Source of the DNA: Bacteroidaceae bacterium
GTDB taxonomy: Bacteria > Bacteroidota > Bacteroidia > Bacteroidales > Bacteroidaceae
Length of the DNA stretch: 64,000 bases
Direction: 5' to 3'
Assembly: GCA_963668535.1 (NCBI GenBank)
Contig: OY764867.1
Span: forward strand, 839,111 to 903,110
A program made the position numbers and the translations under genes. The stretch's first letter is position 1; each line of letters starts with the position of its first letter. Below, piece after piece: positions 7,136 through 15,929 of the stretch. The notes beneath the pieces are model-generated. The model did no database searches. It was not told where the DNA came from and saw only the letters and a program-made list of their open reading frames with translations.

Positions 7136-9206
7136 ATTATGCCCATCATGTTATACACACAAGCAATCTACCGCAAGGTGGGTTGCTTGTGTGCTGTTTA
7201 TAGGTATCTGTATACCATCTATATTTGCTCAAGAGAACACTCGAAAAAGTCTTTTCTTAGAAGAGCTGTACGAAGACAATCTTCTAGATGAACAACAATA
7301 TGAGAATTGGGAAGATAGCACATATATACTTCCCCAACACATCAATTTGAACACCGTAGATGCCCAGACTCTTCGTACTCTGCCCTTTCTTTCCGAACGA
7401 CAGATCAACGACATTATTATGACGAGGGACTTCCAAGGACACTTTACATCTATAACAGATCTACGACTTATTCCTTGCATCTCACCACACACCTACACCC
7501 TATTACAGCAATACTGTACCATTGCGCAAAAATCCCCACATACAATAGCTTGGCACGACATACTACACAAGAGTAAGCACCAAATAATCTCTCAGATAAA
7601 CATTCCACTATACAAACGCCAAGGCTACCTCTATACTTCTCAAAAAAACAAATCTCCATTTTACCTAGGATATCCGTGGAGTCATTACATACGCTATAAT
7701 GGGCACTATCACAAACAAATATATTGGGGATTCACCTTAGCCCAAGGAGCTGGTGAACCATTTTTCATAGCCAATCAAAATCGATATGACTACATCGGTT
7801 ACTACTTCTTACTACAAGACAAGGGAAGAATACGCCAGCTGGCCCTAGGTAAATACAGCGTACATTTTGGCCTAGGGCTTATAATCAATCAAAATCTATT
7901 GCTCGGCAAAGGGGAAGGACTAGAAGCTAAGCAAACACTAAAACCTTTATTTAGCAAACACAGCAGTAAAAGTGAAAGTAAATATTTAGAAGGAGTAGCG
8001 ACCGATCTTGAAGTGACTCCCAAAATTCATGTAGCAGCATTTGCTAGTTACAGGCATCTTGATGCATCAATCAAGAACAACACGATACAATCCATACAAA
8101 CAACAGGTTATCACCGAAGTATCCGTGAAATCAACCGCAGAGGACAAGCTCAACAATACACCATTGGCGCACGCACTTACTATCGTCCAAAAGAACAAGT
8201 ACAAATAGCCTTACATGCTTTATACACATCCTACGATAAATCCTACAATCCACCTATAAGATACTACAACAAATATTATTTTCGGGGTACACACATTGCC
8301 TTTGTGGGCACAGATTACTATCTACATAAAAAGAATTGGTATATCTCTGGTGAAATAGCCACGAGCCAGAATGGTGGAATAGCCCTGCTACAAACGGCAG
8401 AAATAGATGTCAATAAATTTCTTAGATTAAACATTGCACTCAGATATTATGGTGTGCATTACAAACCAATCTTTGGCCATAGTCTCTCTGCTGGCTCTAG
8501 AGTTCAAAACGAAGCAGGGCTATATATTGGAGTCCATTATCTACCATGGGAACATGGAGAAATAAGCGGATACGTGGATATATATCACTCTCCCGAACCG
8601 ACATATGGCACTGCCACAGCCGCTACAGGATCTGACTGCATGCTCCAATTGAAACAACAACATAATATCTACACACATATATTTCGATACAGATGGCAAC
8701 AAAAAGGGAAAAACATACCTTTGTCACAAACGCCTCGTGAGACCACACAAATAATCTCTCCATATCACAAACATCAGTTCAAGTATCAAATAATACAAGC
8801 CCTTAATTCGCATTGGCAAAATCAAGCCAAGATATATGCCACTATTACAGGATATCAAGACACCCATTTCACACAAGGGCTACTAGGTCTCGTTAGTTCT
8901 CGCTACCAAAATGGACACTGGATACTATGTGGACAACTCGCCATTTTCAACACCGATGACTACAACAGCAGATGCACTATATACGAACCATCCACCCAAT
9001 ATGATTTTTATTTTCCTTCTTGCTTTGGCCAAGGTCTACGGACTGCACTTATCGCCCAATATACAATGTGCCATAACCATCTACGGTGGAGCCTAAAAGC
9101 TGGACACTTTCATTATTTTGACCGTCTTTATATAAGCAGTGCACATGATGCTATAGCCGCTCCCTATAAAACAGACCTCACCATTCAATGCAAATGGACA
9201 TGGTAA
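7095..9206 (+). CDS. ComEA-like helix-hairpin-helix domain protein with predicted C-terminal outer-membrane beta-barrel
   Basis: HhH segment LNTVDAQTLRTLPFLSERQINDIIMTRDFQGHFTSITDLRLIP. About 550 aa follow with alternating aromatic/hydrophilic strands, ending ...TIQCKWTW. The start is uncertain: the ATG at 7095 overlaps the upstream gene by 41 nt. Confidence 0.75.
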   Translation: MQFPQTFAKKWDYKLCPSCYTHKQSTARWVACVLFIGICIPSIFAQENTRKSLFLEELYEDNLLDEQQYENWEDSTYILPQHINLNTVDAQTLRTLPFLSERQINDIIMTRDFQGHFTSITDLRLIPCISPHTYTLLQQYCTIAQKSPHTIAWHDILHKSKHQIISQINIPLYKRQGYLYTSQKNKSPFYLGYPWSHYIRYNGHYHKQIYWGFTLAQGAGEPFFIANQNRYDYIGYYFLLQDKGRIRQLALGKYSVHFGLGLIINQNLLLGKGEGLEAKQTLKPLFSKHSSKSESKYLEGVATDLEVTPKIHVAAFASYRHLDASIKNNTIQSIQTTGYHRSIREINRRGQAQQYTIGARTYYRPKEQVQIALHALYTSYDKSYNPPIRYYNKYYFRGTHIAFVGTDYYLHKKNWYISGEIATSQNGGIALLQTAEIDVNKFLRLNIALRYYGVHYKPIFGHSLSAGSRVQNEAGLYIGVHYLPWEHGEISGYVDIYHSPEPTYGTATAATGSDCMLQLKQQHNIYTHIFRYRWQQKGKNIPLSQTPRETTQIISPYHKHQFKYQIIQALNSHWQNQAKIYATITGYQDTHFTQGLLGLVSSRYQNGHWILCGQLAIFNTDDYNSRCTIYEPSTQYDFYFPSCFGQGLRTALIAQYTMCHNHLRWSLKAGHFHYFDRLYISSAHDAIAAPYKTDLTIQCKWTW

Positions 9207-9283
9207 TAATAAAATAGCATCACCATTAAACCATTTAAGCAAACACTTATCTAAGAAACAATAACAACAAACGAATCAGTACA

Positions 9284-12124
9284 ATGAACAAAATTCAAAA
9301 CCGCTTATTAGCATTAGGTTGTTTCCTTGTTGCACTTTGCACCAATATACATGCACAAGATGTGACTTTGAGTGGAAGAGTATGTGAACTCTCCACCAAA
9401 ACACCTATCGTACAGGCTATCGTACAATTACGTCAACTCCCCGATAGCACTTCGGTATCCAATCAAGCTACAAATGCACAAGGGGTATTTAGTTTTAGCA
9501 AACTCCACAAAGGCAATTATGCATTGAAAGTAACTTACATTGGTATGTCTAGCCAAGTGATACCCGTGACTATTACTGGACGTACACCCAAACAAAATCT
9601 AGCCGACATTCTAATGAGCGATGATGCCATCATGTTGCAAGAAGCCGTTGTGACTGCTGCTGCTGCCAAAGTGGAAGTAAAAGAAGACACCATGGTATAC
9701 AATGCAGACGCATATCGAACACAAGCAGGAGCAACTGTTGAAGATTTAGTCAAACGAATACCTGGCGCAGAAGTTGCCGATGATGGTTCAGTAACGATTA
9801 ATGGACAAACAATTCAAAAGATCCTTGTTGACGGTAAAGAATACTTCAAGCAAGATCCTACTATTGCTCTTAAAAATCTCCCTGTAAATGCCATTAAAAG
9901 CGTCAAAGCATACAACAGAAAAAGTGATATGGCTCGCGTTAGTGGCATTGACGATGGAAATGATGAAGCAGTACTGGACCTAACCATTAAAAAAGGCCAC
10001 AAAAAAGGACTATTTGGAAACAGCGACGTGGCTTATGGCACCGACGATAGATATCTCGCTAAAGGAATGCTCAACTCCTTTATGGACAACAAACAGTTGT
10101 CAGCCTTCGTCAATATCAATAATATAAATGATAGAGGATATGGCAATGCAGGCTTCCATCGCATGAGACAAAGCACTGGATTGAATGCTAAAAAATCTGC
10201 TGGTCTTCATATAGCAAATTCATGGGACAATGTAGATTTTGGTGGTAGTATTAGTTACAACGATGATGACCAAGACTTAGTATCAACTGGGTCTACAGAA
10301 ACATTCTTGCAAGAAAACAATACCTTTGGAAGAAGCTATGGTAAAACCCGCAACAAAGTGGACAAGCTACATGCAGACTTTCAACTGGAATGGAAAATAA
10401 GTCCGACCACAACTTTGATGTACTACCCTAGCTTTGTGTACAATAAAACAAACAAAGTAGTAGACAACAAAAGCTTGACAGCCAACGAAATAATCACAAG
10501 AAGCCTGTCAAAAGACTTTACTACAGTCGAGGATGAAGAGGATTTCCCTGGACTTATCAACCAAAACATCTCAAGTACAGCAACAGAAAGCAAAAATATT
10601 AGTACAGATGGGGATGTACAATTGAACCAAAAGTTATCAGATAATGGACGCAACCTCTTACTTCGTTTCAAATATAGCCTAGCAAAAGACAAAAGTGATG
10701 TGTATAAAACAAACGATGTTTACTACTACTTAACTGATGCAGAAAATGTCCATACAAATAGATATACCGACACGGACAACAATTCAAACAGTTATCGATT
10801 GCAAGCAGCATATAGCGAACCTATCGCAAATAATCAATACTTGCAGTTGGATTACCAATATAATTACAAATATAGTAAAAGGGATAAAGCGACCTACGAC
10901 AACTCTACCCCTGATAATATGACACTACTAGGTGATCAATCTGTATCGTACAAGAATGATTATATCACCCAACGAATCCGCATGGGGTATCGATATGCCA
11001 CCAAAGCATTAAATCTAACAGCTGGTGTTGACTTGATGCCACAAAAATCAACAACAAGTTACACACAAGACAGTGAGAAAAAAGAAGTCAAGAAAAGCAT
11101 CTTTAATTGGGCTCCATTCTTAGAATTGAAGCGTACGTTTTCTAAAACGTCAGCATTGCGCATAAAATACAAAGGGCGCGCTTCAATGCCTAGCATGACA
11201 GCGTTATCTCCAATAGCAGATACAAGTAACCCACTACAAACAGTGTATGGTAATAGTGACCTGAAGCCAAGCATGACACACCAGTTCAGAATACATTATA
11301 ACCGATTCAATCGTAAATCTCAAACAGGCATGTTTGCTGGGGCATTTTTTAATGCTACACAAAATGATGTTGCTTATTTAACGGTCTACGATACAGAAAC
11401 TGGGTATAAGGAAACGACTCCTAAAAATATAAATGGCAATTGGACTGCAATGGGTATCTTTGCTTTCAATACTGCTTTGAAGAATAAAAATTTCACTATA
11501 AGCAATATGATCAGACCTCGATATACCCATCAAAAGAGCTTTATGCAAAGCAACTTGGGAGATACAGCCGAGGAGAACACAACGAAAGATATGAATCTAA
11601 ATGATCGCTTCCGCTTTGGGTATCGAACTGATTCTTGGGATGCTGGTTTAGTACTAGGATTGACCTACGATAATTCTAAAAACACACTTAATACAACAAA
11701 CGACCGTGAAACATATGACTACTCTTTCGGAGGAGAAACAAACATCTCTCTACCATGGGGTATTGATTTATCTACAGATGCAAGCTATGCTATCCGCCGA
11801 GGATACAGTGCTGGACTAAATCGTAAGGAACTAGTTTGGAATGCTCAACTATCCAAGACTTTTGGACGGAAGAAGAACATGACTTTATCTCTTCAAGGAT
11901 TAGACTTGCTTGACCAACAAACCAACATTATGAGCAACATTAATCAGACTATGCGTAGCGATAGCGAATATAACGGTATTAATAGTTACTTCATGGTACA
12001 CTTTATATATCGTCTTGATATCTTTGGTAATAGAGATTCACAAGAACATATGGGACCTAGAGGGCCTCACCGTGGTGGGCACCCAGGCGGACGCCGAGGT
12101 CCTGGCAGACGACCTCCATTCTAA
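9284..12124 (+). CDS. outer-membrane beta-barrel protein (CarboxypepD_reg-like + plug-like N-terminus, OMP_b-brl_3-type barrel)
   Basis: Signal peptide. VTLSGRV...GNYALKVTYIGM Ig-like module. Plug-like TVEDLVKRIPGAEV..INGQ..ILVDGKEYF. Gly/Arg/Pro tail ending in F. Confidence 0.85.
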   Translation: MNKIQNRLLALGCFLVALCTNIHAQDVTLSGRVCELSTKTPIVQAIVQLRQLPDSTSVSNQATNAQGVFSFSKLHKGNYALKVTYIGMSSQVIPVTITGRTPKQNLADILMSDDAIMLQEAVVTAAAAKVEVKEDTMVYNADAYRTQAGATVEDLVKRIPGAEVADDGSVTINGQTIQKILVDGKEYFKQDPTIALKNLPVNAIKSVKAYNRKSDMARVSGIDDGNDEAVLDLTIKKGHKKGLFGNSDVAYGTDDRYLAKGMLNSFMDNKQLSAFVNINNINDRGYGNAGFHRMRQSTGLNAKKSAGLHIANSWDNVDFGGSISYNDDDQDLVSTGSTETFLQENNTFGRSYGKTRNKVDKLHADFQLEWKISPTTTLMYYPSFVYNKTNKVVDNKSLTANEIITRSLSKDFTTVEDEEDFPGLINQNISSTATESKNISTDGDVQLNQKLSDNGRNLLLRFKYSLAKDKSDVYKTNDVYYYLTDAENVHTNRYTDTDNNSNSYRLQAAYSEPIANNQYLQLDYQYNYKYSKRDKATYDNSTPDNMTLLGDQSVSYKNDYITQRIRMGYRYATKALNLTAGVDLMPQKSTTSYTQDSEKKEVKKSIFNWAPFLELKRTFSKTSALRIKYKGRASMPSMTALSPIADTSNPLQTVYGNSDLKPSMTHQFRIHYNRFNRKSQTGMFAGAFFNATQNDVAYLTVYDTETGYKETTPKNINGNWTAMGIFAFNTALKNKNFTISNMIRPRYTHQKSFMQSNLGDTAEENTTKDMNLNDRFRFGYRTDSWDAGLVLGLTYDNSKNTLNTTNDRETYDYSFGGETNISLPWGIDLSTDASYAIRRGYSAGLNRKELVWNAQLSKTFGRKKNMTLSLQGLDLLDQQTNIMSNINQTMRSDSEYNGINSYFMVHFIYRLDIFGNRDSQEHMGPRGPHRGGHPGGRRGPGRRPPF

Positions 12125-12157
12125 AAATCACCTGTAAGAATAACCTAAACCCAAACA

Positions 12158-12191
12158 GCGGGTATACCAAGAGCAATCTTGATATACTCGC
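12158..12191. terminator. hairpin between convergent genes
   Basis: 9-bp stem GCGGGTATA / TATACTCGC (one G-T pair) with a 16-nt loop. There is no strong T-run. Confidence 0.35.
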
Positions 12192-12213
12192 TGTGTCATT
12201 ATAACATGTACGA

Positions 12214-12702
12214 TTATTTACCGAGCAACACAGTTTGAACAGTCTTTTCAAACTCTTCTTTAGAGGTGGCTCCTTTCATTAATTGAGGTTCCCCACCTTT
12301 AGGTATAAATACAAACAATGGGATAGAACTAGCCCTAAAGACTTGTGCCAACTCTCTCTCCTTATCTATATTGACTTTATAGACAGAGATACTCGGGTAT
12401 TTTTCGGCAATGGCTTCCACAATAGGTGCCATACGACGACATGGGCCACACCAATCGGCATAAAGATCAATCAACACGGGACCATCTGCCTTATTCACCC
12501 ATTCCTTTTCTGTCGAATAATCAAATATCAATTTCTTGAAATCCTCCGTTGTCATTACTTTAACTTTCTCTACTGCTTGTTCCTCCCTTTGCATAGGCGT
12601 ACTGGCATACATGGCAGCAAACGAACCTGATAAAAAGATCATCATAGATACAAGAGGTACAATATGAGACAATCGTCCTTTAAATAGCATTCTTTTTTTC
12701 AT
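12214..12702 (-). CDS. exported thioredoxin-family protein
   Basis: Signal-like N-terminus MKKRMLF...FLSGSFAAMYA and active site LYADWCGPCRRMAP. The internal ATG at 12702 is preferred over the ORF-track start at 12756. Confidence 0.85.
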   Translation of the reverse strand: MKKRMLFKGRLSHIVPLVSMMIFLSGSFAAMYASTPMQREEQAVEKVKVMTTEDFKKLIFDYSTEKEWVNKADGPVLIDLYADWCGPCRRMAPIVEAIAEKYPSISVYKVNIDKERELAQVFRASSIPLFVFIPKGGEPQLMKGATSKEEFEKTVQTVLLGK

Positions 12703-12823
12703 TCTTCTTCTTTTTAGATGTGTAATAGTATAAACTCCACGAAATCCAATACGCATTTCTGTTGCAATATACTGCTTAATTCACATATTCACAAACAAAA
12801 AGGTATATACTCCTATCAATCAC

Positions 12824-12840
12824 TAGATAGACTCTATCTA
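12824..12840. promoter_or_regulatory. 17-bp perfect palindrome TAGATAGACTCTATCTA (candidate operator)
   Basis: Perfect 8+1+8 palindrome about 120 nt upstream of the exported thioredoxin gene. It has no loop, so it looks more like an operator than a terminator. Confidence 0.35.
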
Positions 12841-12871
12841 TACGAGACAGGCACATCTTATCAAACAGAAT

Positions 12872-12922
12872 AAAAAAAGAGATGAGCAGCTATCCAACTA
12901 ACTACTCATCTCTGCTCTTTTT
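12872..12922 (-). terminator. intrinsic terminator of the DUF4369-like gene
   Basis: Stem AGAGATGAG (12878-12886) / CTCATCTCT (12905-12913). On the minus strand it is followed by TTTTTTT. Confidence 0.65.
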
Positions 12923-12989
12923 AACAGTATAATGCTTACTTGCATTAACACTTCTTGTGCCTATACCACAATTAGGCCCCTTAAAAAAA

Positions 12990-13550
12990 CTAATGTATTT
13001 CTGCTCGCACTGGATTCATAAGCGACATGCTCATATCATCCATTGCTTTGTTTTTTGTACATATTGCCTTCAGTTCTTTCATGTGCTTACCCACACAATT
13101 CTTGCTGTTATTTAGCACGAAGGCATCCCATTGCGCCGACAATGCATTAAATAAATCTTGTCCCTTGTACTTATAAATAGTACATTGCTGTTTAAAAATA
13201 AAACCATATAATTTATTATTTAAAGGGGTCCCTTCCACCGTGAATTTACCTGGGCGCAAAGTTACATTTACATTTCCAGACTCCAATACAACTGGGGTTA
13301 AAGGACTTTCTCCCAAAAATATGACAGCGACACGCGCACTGTCTGTAACACCTTCGGCATGGAATCTTCGATGCACCACTTTCAGTGTATCCAGCACGTC
13401 CCAGTGCTCGCCATTGCGTACCCGCAAAGTCAAACAATGATCCTCTAATGCAGGGATATATGCTTCTCCTTTTATTGAATAATGCTCATTACAAGCAGTC
13501 ATCAATAAACAGCACATTCCAGCTAATACTATGTTAAAATAAGTTCTCAT
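12990..13550 (-). CDS. DUF4369-like lipoprotein (stand-alone)
   Basis: Lipobox-like LLMTAC. YSIKGEAY...LTLRV...VLESGNVNVTL...FTVEGTPLNNKLY resembles the N-terminal module of Bacteroidota TlpA-type proteins. Confidence 0.6.
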   Translation of the reverse strand: MRTYFNIVLAGMCCLLMTACNEHYSIKGEAYIPALEDHCLTLRVRNGEHWDVLDTLKVVHRRFHAEGVTDSARVAVIFLGESPLTPVVLESGNVNVTLRPGKFTVEGTPLNNKLYGFIFKQQCTIYKYKGQDLFNALSAQWDAFVLNNSKNCVGKHMKELKAICTKNKAMDDMSMSLMNPVRAEIH

Positions 13551-13689
13551 GCATTTTAAGATATTACACTAATCTCTTTATCGACAACAAGTATAGAGAA
13601 TAAACTTGACATATGCAAGTATCTTATTATTATTTAGCTTTTTCCCGACGAAACCAACTCAATCATATGGAGGATTCACAGAATTTGAT

Positions 13690-13697
13690 TAGCTTTG
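13690..13697 (+). promoter_or_regulatory. -7 box TAGCTTTG
   Basis: 54 nt upstream of the first S46 peptidase gene. Confidence 0.45.
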
Positions 13698-13750
13698 CAA
13701 AATGACAAAAAACAATTTATCATTTAGTTAATAACATAAAGCATTAATTC

Positions 13751-15925
13751 ATGAAGAAATTCAGAATTTTACTACTTACCCTAGCTACCTTACTAGTGGG
13801 TAATGTACATGCCGATGAGGGCATGTGGCTCCTACAACTGATGCAGGAGCAGAACAGTATAGACCTTATGAAAGCTCGTGGTTTAGAGCTTGACGCTACA
13901 GATTTGTACAACCCTAACGGAGTCTCAATCAAAGATGCCGTAGGTATATTTGGTCGCGGATGTACTGGTGAAATCATCTCTGATCAGGGACTTATCCTCA
14001 CTAATCACCACTGCGGTTTTGCAGCTATTCAACAGCACAGTAGTGTTGACCATGATTATTTGACTGATGGTTTTTGGGCAAAGAATCATAACGAAGAGTT
14101 GGCTACTCCTGGACTTACGTTCCAATTTGTCGACCAAATCATTGATGTAACTACTCTTGTTCAAAAAGATATTGACAAGAAAAAAATTACTGAATTAGAA
14201 AGTTTCGGTTACGATTATCTTCAGAAATTGGCACAAACGCAAATGAAGAAGATGCATCTAAATAAGAAAAAAGGATACAGAGGTGTGTGTAAACCATTTT
14301 ATGCTGGTAACAAATTTTATCTTATGATCATGAAGGTGTATAGCGATATCCGTATGGTAGCTGCACCTCCTGCATCAGTTGGTAAATTTGGCGGAGAAAC
14401 AGATAACTGGATGTGGCCACGTCACACAGGCGATTTCTCTATGTTCCGTATCTATGCCGACAAAGATGGCAATCCTGCAGATTATAGCGAAAAGAATGTA
14501 CCCCTTCAAACTAAAAAACACTTTGCAATCAACATCAAAGGTGTAGAAGATGGTGACTATGCTATGATTATGGGATTCCCTGGTTCTACCGAACGATATT
14601 TGACTGACGCAGAAATCACCATGACTATGCGCACAGAAAATGATCCTAGAATCGCTGTACGTACAGTGTATCTTAAGACCATTAAGAAGGAAATGAAAGC
14701 CAACAAAAAAATTCGTATCCAATACGATACCAAGTATGCACACTCTGCAAACTACTGGAAAAATTCAATTGGTATGAATGAGGCATTAGTCAACAATAAA
14801 GTGCGCGAAACTAAAAGAGACATCCAAGCTAAATTCTTGAATTTTGCTAAGCAAAAGAAGGATACAGCTTACGAAACTGTTGTTGCTGATATCGCTACAA
14901 CTGTTGACGCATTGAGTCCATTAAACTACCAAATCAATGCAATAAATGAAAGTTTCTTCCGCACTATAGAATTCCGTCTATTGAAGAAGGATCGCGATTT
15001 ATTTACTGACTTTGCCAATGCATTGGACAAAAACCAGAAGCGTGCACTGAAAAAATACAGCAAAGACTTGCAAGCAGTTTTCACTCGCATACACAACAAA
15101 GATTACGATCAAAAGGTTGATAAAGAAGTGACCAATGCAATGATCAACGTGTATGCTTCATTGGTAAAACCTGCCGAACGCCCAGCTTTCTATACTGAAA
15201 TCAAGAATAATTACCAAGGCAATGTACAAAAGTATGTAGACAACATCTATAGCAAGTCTATACTACGTAGTCAAAAGGCCTTAGACAGTTTCTTGGCAGA
15301 TGCACATGCAGATGCATTGCGCAATGATCCTGTGTTGCTATTCTCTAAGAGCATAGTGGATCGTTTCAATGTAGTAGAAAAAGATTACAAACCATTGATG
15401 GACAAACTAGCTCTTCTACACAAGACATATATTCGTGGTCTTGGTGAGATGAAGCAACCTACTCCAAGTTACCCAGATGCCAACTTCACTTTACGTCTTA
15501 CTTATGGTACCGTAGCTAGCTATGATCCAAAAGATGGTGTACACTACAAGTACTATACAACTGGACAAGGTATCCTTGAAAAAGAAGATGACAAAAGCGA
15601 TGAATTTAAGGTACCAGCCAAACTGCACAAACTACTTGTCAACAAGGACTTCGGTCGTTACGCTATGAAGAATGGCGAATTGCCAGTTTGCTTCTTGACA
15701 ACAAATGATATTACGGGTGGTAATAGTGGTAGTCCTGTTATCAACAGCAAGGGCCAATTGATTGGTTGTGCATTTGATGGCAACTGGGAATCTCTTTCTG
15801 GCGACCTAAACTTCAACGACAATTTGCAACGATGCATCGTGTTGGATATTCGATACATGTTATTTATCCTCGACAAACTTGGTGGTTGCAAGCACCTTGT
15901 TGATGAGATGACTATTATCCAATAA
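13751..15925 (+). CDS. dpp7: S46 dipeptidyl-peptidase, DPP7-type (Gly at the S1 specificity position)
   Basis: ADEGMWL N-terminus, LTNHHCG (His), GGNSGSPV (Ser), and AFDGNWESLSGD with Gly where DPP11 has Arg. Confidence 0.9.
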   Translation: MKKFRILLLTLATLLVGNVHADEGMWLLQLMQEQNSIDLMKARGLELDATDLYNPNGVSIKDAVGIFGRGCTGEIISDQGLILTNHHCGFAAIQQHSSVDHDYLTDGFWAKNHNEELATPGLTFQFVDQIIDVTTLVQKDIDKKKITELESFGYDYLQKLAQTQMKKMHLNKKKGYRGVCKPFYAGNKFYLMIMKVYSDIRMVAAPPASVGKFGGETDNWMWPRHTGDFSMFRIYADKDGNPADYSEKNVPLQTKKHFAINIKGVEDGDYAMIMGFPGSTERYLTDAEITMTMRTENDPRIAVRTVYLKTIKKEMKANKKIRIQYDTKYAHSANYWKNSIGMNEALVNNKVRETKRDIQAKFLNFAKQKKDTAYETVVADIATTVDALSPLNYQINAINESFFRTIEFRLLKKDRDLFTDFANALDKNQKRALKKYSKDLQAVFTRIHNKDYDQKVDKEVTNAMINVYASLVKPAERPAFYTEIKNNYQGNVQKYVDNIYSKSILRSQKALDSFLADAHADALRNDPVLLFSKSIVDRFNVVEKDYKPLMDKLALLHKTYIRGLGEMKQPTPSYPDANFTLRLTYGTVASYDPKDGVHYKYYTTGQGILEKEDDKSDEFKVPAKLHKLLVNKDFGRYAMKNGELPVCFLTTNDITGGNSGSPVINSKGQLIGCAFDGNWESLSGDLNFNDNLQRCIVLDIRYMLFILDKLGGCKHLVDEMTIIQ

Positions 15926-15929
15926 TCAG

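Noticed and set aside
12703-12756. N-terminal extensions suggested by ORF-track starts (12756, 20094, 28859, 36851, 38064, 44103, 45748, 54274, 5586).
   Set aside because: In each case an internal ATG restores the canonical family N-terminus or signal peptide (for example MCGIVGY for GlmS). Several of the longer starts are non-ATG codons.
14375-14743. 122-aa antisense ORF inside the DPP7-type gene, and the similar ORFs 13925-14164, 15658-15891, 15926-16162 and 17189-17534.
   Set aside because: They are nested antisense to strongly supported S46 peptidase genes and carry no motifs.
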